The translations under genes were made by a program, and so were the position numbers. From Balanoglossus misakiensis (lineage: Eukaryota; Animalia; Hemichordata), in assembly GCA_040954595.2 (NCBI GenBank), contig CM082592.2, forward strand, positions 10,626,731 through 10,690,730: 64,000 nt of DNA, in the 5' to 3' direction. Positions within the stretch are counted from its first letter, which is position 1; every line of letters begins with the position of its first letter. Shown here piece after piece: positions 55,101 through 64,000 of this stretch. Under the pieces are notes generated by a model. It ran no database searches and had not been told where the DNA came from. It saw only the letters and a program-made list of their open reading frames with translations.

Positions 55101-58100
55101 TCTGGAAAATCCACGAAATGTGGAATGAATTCCTGGAAATCTAGCCACCTACAAGGAAAAAACGGGGAAATTGATACGGCCATGTGAGCTTTCAATATTC
55201 ATGCTTTTCATGCAGAGGCTGTAACTTGTATTAAAATAAACCTTCTGGCTATGTCATCTGCATTTAAAAAAACACTAATAAAGCATGTATTGATGGAAAA
55301 TCTTCAAAAGAGTAAATGTCCGTGCCAGGGCTGCGTTTTGGAAATTATAAGCAGCCGTGTTCTAGAGAACAGAGTTTTGATCTATAGCCTCAAGCAGTAA
55401 TCATTATCCGCAGCTCTGTGAGAAGAAAGGCCGTGTGTAGGTTCATTCAAAATGATTGGATGAAACGTCAGTCGAACAGCATACATGCATATGCAGTTTT
55501 TCATCAATAGCATAGCAATGACACATATAGTACACAGCATTATTTTCAAAAGTTCAGATATAGATACATTTCATAACTAGATCTTGATGCATGTAAATAA
55601 AATAAGACGTCTAGAGAATAGTATTGTGTTTCATTGATTGACTTCAACTTGCACATTAATATATAAAGTCTTATACAGTGTGATATGTGAACATTTTTTA
55701 TGAAGTGTTACATCGTTCAGTGTGCTGAATATTTAGTCTTTGTGGAAGTAAGACTTAGAGGGATGCTTATAATAGTATAAACTGGGTTCTCTTCCATACC
55801 CCATCAATTTTTCTTTCTCCATCAACAGGAGATCCATACTGGGGACTACCACAGAGAGCATCATCCCCACCAAGGGTATCCTAGCAACGCTGTTGCACAG
55901 CAACAGCAATATAGGAGACGGCCATCCTTGCTGTCAGAATTTCACGGACATGCACCTCCTGATAGAGAAAGGTAAATAACAAAAAATAAGAATGAATCTT
56001 TTTAATCCAAGACACACATCATCCAGTCTGCACCAGCTTGGCTAGCTCGGCCTGGGTACAGTCTCCCAAGCCAACATTTTTAGGGCAGTCCCTCTGCCTG
56101 AAATAAAGGTACCCTGGCTAGCGAAGAAGCATTGATGCTTTATGAAATGTCAGCAGCTATCTTGTTGTGATTCAGCGTGGGAGGTTTCCGCTGGTACCGG
56201 AAGTTTCTGATCCATGTAGAATGGAAATGTCAAACTTAATGTTACATTTACGTAGTTTAATTAGTCCATATGCTGAGTCTGTATATTTTTGAGAAGAAAG
56301 AATCCCTTCAGATATACATTCTGGCATTCTTAAAGCAGCCTGCCTGCAGACAGTTTGCCTTATACCATTTCAATGATGGGATGTCCTTGTCCTTTGGCAG
56401 ACATAAAAGTAGGCCATGTGTTTATCAGATACCCGTATAATGTGTCACTTGTCATCTCTTGGGATGTAATACCAGGAAATCTTTCTTAGCTTGGCGTCAT
56501 CATGGAGCCATATAAGACACGCTAGTCCTTGGCTGGAGGTTTTCGTCTATAGTTTCAAAATTGAAAATACCAGGCTATTTTGCAACCAGGATTTCTTTAA
56601 AGGGAAAGTTATTCATTGAGTTTATAAGTCGCTGAGTTCTTGCAATACAAGCAATCATCGTGTTGTATCTTGTGTTTAATTTTGCAGAGCTCCAGAGCAA
56701 TACAGGCATCACATGACCTTACCTACCCACTCAGAGGAGGCCATTGCTGCCAAGAGGCCCCGATTGGCTAATGAAAATGAGGCTGAAGCAAAACTTCCAA
56801 TGAGAATGATTCCCCCACCCAGGATGACACCAATGCAACCAGAAGCCAGGAGGGTACGTTTTATGAATACAGATATTTCGTCAAATTATGTATTACCTGC
56901 TTATCGTACATTGTAACAAGGGAAATCATTTATTTTTTGCTATGATATATCCTGCAGGAACCACCTTTCATGCCTAAAGTGGAAGCAATTTCACCCACTC
57001 CATGCGAGCAGGAATCACCATCCAAACTCTCCAAGGAAGATCTGCTACAATCCATGGATAAAGTGGACAGAGAGATATCCAAAGTGGAATCTCAAATCAA
57101 TAAATTGAAAAAGAAACAGGTTAGAAAATAATTCTCACATTGAAGGATTAGAGTTTGGGTGTTTGATACAGATAACAAAAAGTGTTAGCTCTCTTTATGT
57201 AACTCCTTTCTGTATGTTGAATGACAGCAAGAGTTAGAAGAAAGAGCTGCCAGACCTCCAGAGCCAGAGAAATCTCCATCGCCAGAACCGATTGCCATAG
57301 AAACGAAACATCAGAGTGTTGTGCAGATCATTTATGCTGAAAACAGGGTATGTCAAGAAATTCCAGTTTTGCACCGAATCTTTTGCTTTAATATGATGTT
57401 TGGGGTTGGTGTAGCCTTGATTGGAGAATAATAGTTACTGGTTTTTCGTTCTCAGAGAAAGGCTGAGGAAGCCCACAACATGCTTGCCCACCTGGGACCG
57501 AAGATAGAATTTGTAAGTACGGTACATTTTTGTCCACAAAAGTCACATTTTGACACTATTTTGATATCATTTGTGAGTTGTATAAATTAAATTTGATCTC
57601 TGTTTCATTATTTTCACAGCCCATGTACAACCAACCCTCCGACAGTGAACAGTATCAAGAAAACATCAAAACGTAAGTCATCAATCAGTAAAATTGTCCA
57701 GAAAGAACACAGACTTAAAATCCAGAAGAGACGTGACATGTTCTCAAATTTAGGACAAGAAATGCTGAAGGGTTTATGCTGTATCTGTTTTTCATGAGTT
57801 CTAACCTAAAGGTGTTTGAGATTTTTTTTTACAAAACAGACCTCATTTTCTTCTCTACAAATGTCATGATACTTACATGTAGTTAAAGCCACCCACACGC
57901 AATTCTCGCAAATTACTTGTCAACTCAAATGTATCGGCAATCTTTTCATCGACAATTTCGACTGACATTATTACGTGGGCATTAAATTTTCAATTTCCTC
58001 ACCGGGCAATAAATGAGGTCTAGTGACTTGATGCGGTGTTGTATTTCTGTTTTGTTTCAGGAACATGGAAATGAGGAAAAAGTTAATCTTGTATTTCAAG

Positions 58101-61100
58101 CGGAGAAATCATGCCAGAAAATTGAGGGTAAGGGAAGCCATGTATAACTGTCCTTGGGTGACTTCGGTCTACTTTTCAATTATCTAGAAGCCATGTAGTT
58201 CACAGTGAGTGATACGACACCCAGAGTTGTTTTTTTGTGCAAAGCATACAGGCAAATCAGCAGTTTCCATTTACTTTTTTTCTACTGCTTAAATTCCAAA
58301 GACAAATATGAGAAGAATAAAACCCTTTTATTACAGGAACGGTACTTATGTGAGCGTTATGATCAGTTGTATGAAGCCTGGGAAAAGAGAATGGAAAGGA
58401 TTGAAAACAGCGCGAAAAGGAGGTTAGTAGACAGGAAATTGATGCTCCATCATTAATTATGTGTAAGTGCAAGTAGACCCATTGTTGTAACATGTCCTCT
58501 ATTCCTGCATTAGAGCCAAAGATGCCCGAGTTAGGGAGTTCTACGAGAAGCAGTTCCCGGAAATCAGAAAGCAGAGAGAACAGCAGGATAGGTTTACCAG
58601 GTATGAGAAAAAAAAATGTGATCAAGTGAGGCCTTGGGTTCGCGAGAGAACACCTCGTGCTACAAGTCTGTCAATCTCCGCTTTGAGATGATTGATAGCT
58701 GTGTTTTTGGAAATTGCACAGACTGTTTATGTAAGCAGAAAGCTTCTAATCTCTGCACATATTTCACTGGTAATTTGCCCTCAATCTGTATTTTGCCATG
58801 CACAGATGGCATGACAGTGGTTTCACCTCACAGTTTTATCGGTGAGGCGGGGGCCACGAGGCATCAGTATGAACAGCCCTCCCTCCACCATTTTAAGTTT
58901 GAAATCTATTGTTTTCAATGCTGTGGCACCATCATTGTCACAGACTTTGTATTACTTTTGGCCAAATTTAACTTGTTGATTGGCTTCTGTGTATAAAGCA
59001 GAGCTGGTGGCCGTAGTAACTGGGGAAACATCGCTCGCAGTGATGCAGAGTTGGCGGAAATCGTTGATGGACTCAGCGAACAAGAGGCACATGAGCGTCA
59101 CATACGGACACTGGCCGTGGTGCCACCCATGCTGTATGACACAGAACAGAAGAGAATCAAGTTTATCAACAGGAATGGTAATTGTTCAATTGGAGCATTA
59201 TATACTTTGGCTGAACTTTTCAAAAGGGTGAATAAAGACAACAGTGTTGTCTGGATGGGTGGATGGGTAGAATTCTGTGGTTCATCTGTAGAAGTCTGCA
59301 GATTCAAATCTGTGTAATGAGAGGATTGTATAATCTTCTAAGTCTCCACGAGTGACATTACAGGAATTCACATTTGATGTGACCGTAGTTTTATCACCTA
59401 GCTAGGGACTGGTTTCTATCAAGAGTTTATCCAGAGTTCATCAATGTTGGCAGTCTAGTTTCAACCCTGTGGCAGACACTCACACTTTCGGTTTGTGATA
59501 GTCATGGGTATCTCCCAGAGACAACAAATGCCAAACAACTTTATTTCGTCAGATTGTAAATGTACAAATCTGTAAAACACTGCCCTCTGTTCGCTAAGCT
59601 GTGAAAACCTTTTGTTTCTGTACTGGCTATGCCTGACCATAAACAGTTACCTGGCACTGCTGTTTATTGCAGGTCTTATTGAAGATCCCATGAAAGACTA
59701 TAAAGATAGACAACACTTGAATCTGTGGACAGAATCCGAGAAGATGGTTTTCAAGGATAAATACATTCAGTATCCTAAAAACTTTCAGATGATTGCCTCA
59801 TTCTTGGAGAGAAAGGTACGTTCTTCTGAAGTTGAACAGGCTTGGCATTTGTTAAATCCATCGCATTGCAGGTTGATTGTGTTTCTTGTACATTGAACTG
59901 ATATAATTCTTTCCATCCAACTATCTTCTACTCTACAGAGCATCTCCGACTGCGTTCTGTTCTATTACACCACTAAGAAGAATGAGAATTACAAGCAATT
60001 GTCCAGGAAGGCCACGGTGAAGAAAGGAGGAAGATTTCGTGGAAAAGGAATCCGTTCTGTGGAGGATGATGACAAGGATGATGATCAGTAAGACATTTGA
60101 ACATTTTAATTTTAGTTTCAACTTTTATGCACAGTCAAGCTTGTTTATGCACAATGAAACCAATCGTTCAGTTTATGTTGAGTTACACTAGCAACACACT
60201 GACGTTTTTTTCCTTTCCATTACGATTTTCAGGGATCGAAATGATGATGATATGAACAACATGAACCACAGTAATGACATAGATGTTGGATTGATGCCAG
60301 ACAGTAAGTTATTGTTATTGTTGGACTCTAGAATCTGCCCTGGAATACTTGTATTATATACCTTTTCTGTGTATAGCAAAGATTTTTTCTTGAGGCACTT
60401 ACTGCATTAAAACCAATTATTTCAAATATAGATGTCTATTCACTGAGCATTTGTTTTCCTTGATGTGCAGCTACAACGTGTTCCCTGTGCAAGAATCCGC
60501 TGGATGCATATAGTCTGAGTCGACCAGTGAATAAGAGCAACTGTGACATGTTTGGAGTACGGGAGAGTGAAGTCACGCCCAATATGAGAGTTTGCAGCAG
60601 TTGTAGATGTCGCTCAATCAGGAGGAGATACGATCAGAAGTAAGTCACTCTCTATGTTTAATTTACTGTTATACCTCACTAACACGCAATTAAAATTTAT
60701 GAAATTTGGAAAAGATTGTCAACTGATTATGTTAGTGTTTCTCTGACACACAGGTGTCCCCTGCCTACATGTAAGACTCCCAAACGTAAAGTTCGACGGT
60801 TGAAGCCACTGCCCAATAAGTGGTCTGAGATAGGGGACGATCAAAGAAAGGCAATTTCTGAAGAATTAGGTAAGGGCATGATGATTGATTTTTCAGAAAT
60901 GATGATATCCATTGGGGTTTATGTGTCAATTTACAATAGCAATATTGATGTGTTGTTTTGTTTTGGTGTGGCTTGTATGTGGGTATGAGTTGGCAGTTAG
61001 CCAGTTGTCCTGATAGCCTTGAACAGGAGAGATTGTACAGTGTGTGTGTGTCCTTGGATTGGAAGTGGTGTGTGTGGATATGTGTCTGTTACTCTGGCAT

Positions 61101-64000
61101 CTGTGTGCATGTGTGTGTTCAAGAGTTTTAGAGGGGACAGGGGAAAGAGTATATTAACCAATTTCGGCATGCTTGCTGCAGAGACCTCAGTCTTGATGGA
61201 GTAAGACAGTATAGTTTTAAGAACACCATCATGGTACTTTTCCCTCCAAAGGTTTAACTGAAGACATCAACAAGTGTTGTGCAGCTTGTTTCAATCGGAT
61301 TGCAAGAAGGCTTGGCAGCGAGACGGAACCGCTGAACTCACATGAAACTGAACATGGTAAGCAGGGTAAGATGTCTGGCTCGCTTTGCAAAAGCCTTTCC
61401 ATATTACTATCCTGGTATTTGTGCAATTGTCTGTGACCTTTTGAAATAATTTGGCATATGAGCACTCAAAGTGTTAGCAACACACCTGCAAGACGGTATG
61501 CCATTTTAAGTGGCCTTATTGTCTACATACTCAAGGAGAAAGGAGGTCAATACGAGTCCTGCCAGTTTTCATTGCTTCCTGTGTTTGATATTAGTCAGAC
61601 ATAAATCTGGGACACACCTTCAAATGAATAAAGCCATTCATATCTTTTATTACAAGGCGTATGTATATTGTCTGTGTCTAACCATGTCTTGCAAAGGAAA
61701 TCATTTAATGCTGTCATGTGTCGGCCAGAAAATATCATGCTTTGTGGACATGGGTTGGGGTAAAGGTTACTTTGATATACACATATGGTCAGGAATGCTG
61801 TGTGGGTCAACTGATCTTTAACTGCTCTCTCGTGTTGTTTGCCGTAAATCATTATATACGTCTGCACCAGAAGTAGCCTAGTATCTGATGACCTATCTAG
61901 CTTAAGTGGCAGTGAAACCTTTCCACGAAATGAAATGTTTAGCTCAGCCTTTTACCAGTTCCCTATCTAGACAAATATCATTGAAAAAAATATTTCCGTT
62001 TGTAAGTGTTAAGAAACTAATGCGGCATTTTAAGGAATTATGGGACAGTTTATGTGAAATGACAACTTGAGTTTTAGTTTCGGTTAAATCCGTTGAGATA
62101 TATTAAGATTTGCACACAACTCTAAAAATATCTGCGCACTAGCTGTCAGTGTATGTCGGTGAGTGACCTTAGTTTCCTTATGCTAATGAGCTTGTTGAAA
62201 GGTTCGTTGACCCCATCAATAGCAGACTGGGTGCCATCTGAATGAAGTTACATAAAAACCCTGCGAGCACGCTCAAAAGAGGTCATCGTGAGAATTAACA
62301 CTGAACAGTGGCTATTAATAGATGAGGACTAAGCACAATGGCCATTATCCGAGTCTCTGAAGCCTGTCAAGTGACCGACAACACGGCAGTCCGAAAAAGA
62401 CAATGTGTACATTTGGTTCTCTGAAGTCGTATAATGCCCAAGGTGAGAAGGAGAGGGAATAGAACAGATAGCAAGGTGTGCGGACAGAGGAAGTCAAGCT
62501 CTGCTCGGCAGGAAATTGGCTGCGATAACACCGCTGACAGGAGATTTCTCACTTCAGTTGTAGAGTCGTCCAGGTGGACGGAGGATGAAATGGAGCGAGC
62601 CAAGCAGGGACTGAAGGACTTTGGCCGCGACTGGGCGGCTATCTCGCAGATGGTGGGCTCCAAAACCGATGCTCAGTGCAAGAATTTCTACTTCAACTAC
62701 AAGCGGAAGTTCAACCTTGAAGCACTGGTGCAACAATACAAGAAGAGACGGGTAGGCAGATATAGATATCATTAATGTGTTTTGCATGCAGCTGTGTGTT
62801 TGCCTTTCCTATCAGTTTCCTGATATGAGGTCAGTCTTTAATTCATGATTTTACATGTTTCACCTTGATTGCTTATTTTGGATGATTATTGCTGTCCCGT
62901 GAGTTGCTTTTGTTGGTCTGTTTGTTTGAATAATGAGGAAGTCCTTGTAAACTTTTTGTTTAGGTTTGTTCACTGCTTTCAGTTTCTGTCGGAATATTTG
63001 CAAGTCCATGGAATGTGTTGCTATCTGTATGTATTGTCTGTCTGTCTGTGTGTGTGCATGTATATGTGTGAGAATTTACGCATATTTGGATGTAAACTAA
63101 ATTCCTTGATGATTCAGCATGTGTCACTGTAACATTGTAGTCTATTCAAGTAAATATCAAATAATTATGAATTAGTCATGGGACACTCATGTGAAATTAA
63201 TTATGGCTCAAGTTCAATAGAAGCACCATATTTTTGATTTAAAGGAAACTTCAATTCAAACGAAAGGGTCAAAAAACCCAGACTTACCAGGATTTTAATA
63301 AACACTTGTAAAATTGAAAATGAAAGGGTAGATGTATATACAGAAGAGCAGTCATGCATTTCTTGCGTAGGTGTATCTTATAGATATTCTGTTAATTGCC
63401 TACAAAGATATGAATTATTCAAACCCAGTAATTAGGTTAAGTATCTACGGAAGTACTCTTAACAATAAATGACCCTCATCCTTGTTCATTGGAGTGGAAC
63501 ATTAAACACACCTCAGAAATGGAAATCTACATCTAGATCTAGAACCAATGTCGCTGTATTACTATTGAGAATGCTTTCTGTCTTATCACAGATAACTCGT
63601 GGAAGTCGTCGAGACTCTGCAGCTGACAGCGTGGCATCGACCGTCACCGGGGCTTCTGAAGATGAAGAGGTGTCGTCCGTCTCCAGTGATGAAAACGACG
63701 CAGATAACGATGATAATGATGACGAGAGCTCCGGCACTGCCAGTGCTAGTGAGAACGAAAACGATGAAGCCTCAAGGGCCAGCAAGCCTGCTGCGACAAC
63801 AACGACAACAACAACTGCTGCTTCTACAGCCGTGGTGTCATCATCAATGCCAGTCGCAGCGTCCTCGTCATCGCCGGTCTCAACGTCGTCTTCGACTCCA
63901 GTGACCGTCCCGACAAATACCACATCAACAACCCCGACAGTGGAGGTGACCCAAGCACAACCCAGCAGCGAGGGCACTTCAAAGGACGACATGCCGACCC
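49140..64000 (+). CDS. NCOR: Nuclear receptor corepressor (NCOR1/NCOR2-SMRT orthologue); partial, continues beyond the window
   Basis: Exon 49140-49165 (MMASRQPDR) splices in frame to 52104-52290. Then [54 protein letters not shown] (GPS2-binding coiled coil), [55 protein letters not shown]1/DAD ([44 protein letters not shown]) and SANT2 ([45 protein letters not shown]). Confidence 0.96.
50290..50360. repeat. Long inverted repeat / hairpin in NCoR intron 1
   Basis: TAAGTTTTATGACAG/CTGTCATAAAACTTA forms a perfect 15-bp pair, continuing GTTT/AAAC and TGTAAATA/TATTTGCA around an 8-nt loop. Confidence 0.8.

Noticed and set aside
56035-56580. Possible small MITEs with TAGC(C/T)TGG...CCAGGCTA-like ends in an NCoR intron
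   Set aside because: The termini are short and degenerate and the internal sequences do not match each other.

Overview
AT-rich, gene-dense eukaryotic (metazoan) genomic DNA with mostly short spliceosomal introns. An invertebrate, possibly a deuterostome, is my inference only. Eight multi-exon protein-coding genes can be assembled by hand: MMAB (-, 3' end outside the window), CCT6 (-), POR (+), an uncharacterised ~1,600-aa protein with a 3.3-kb low-complexity exon (-), SETD1 (+), RAD51D (+), MKS1 (-) and NCoR/SMRT (+, runs off the right edge). Non-coding highlights: a U12-type AT-AC intron in SETD1, four GC-AG introns, candidate H/ACA snoRNAs in CCT6 introns, two pre-miRNA-like intronic hairpins, a ~90-bp TTAA-flanked MITE family, and a composite element between MKS1 and NCoR (53-bp palindrome with a CTCF-like core, 8 x ~209-bp tandem array, (CAT)n). 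Exon boundaries were read by eye and may be off by a few bases. No databases were searched.
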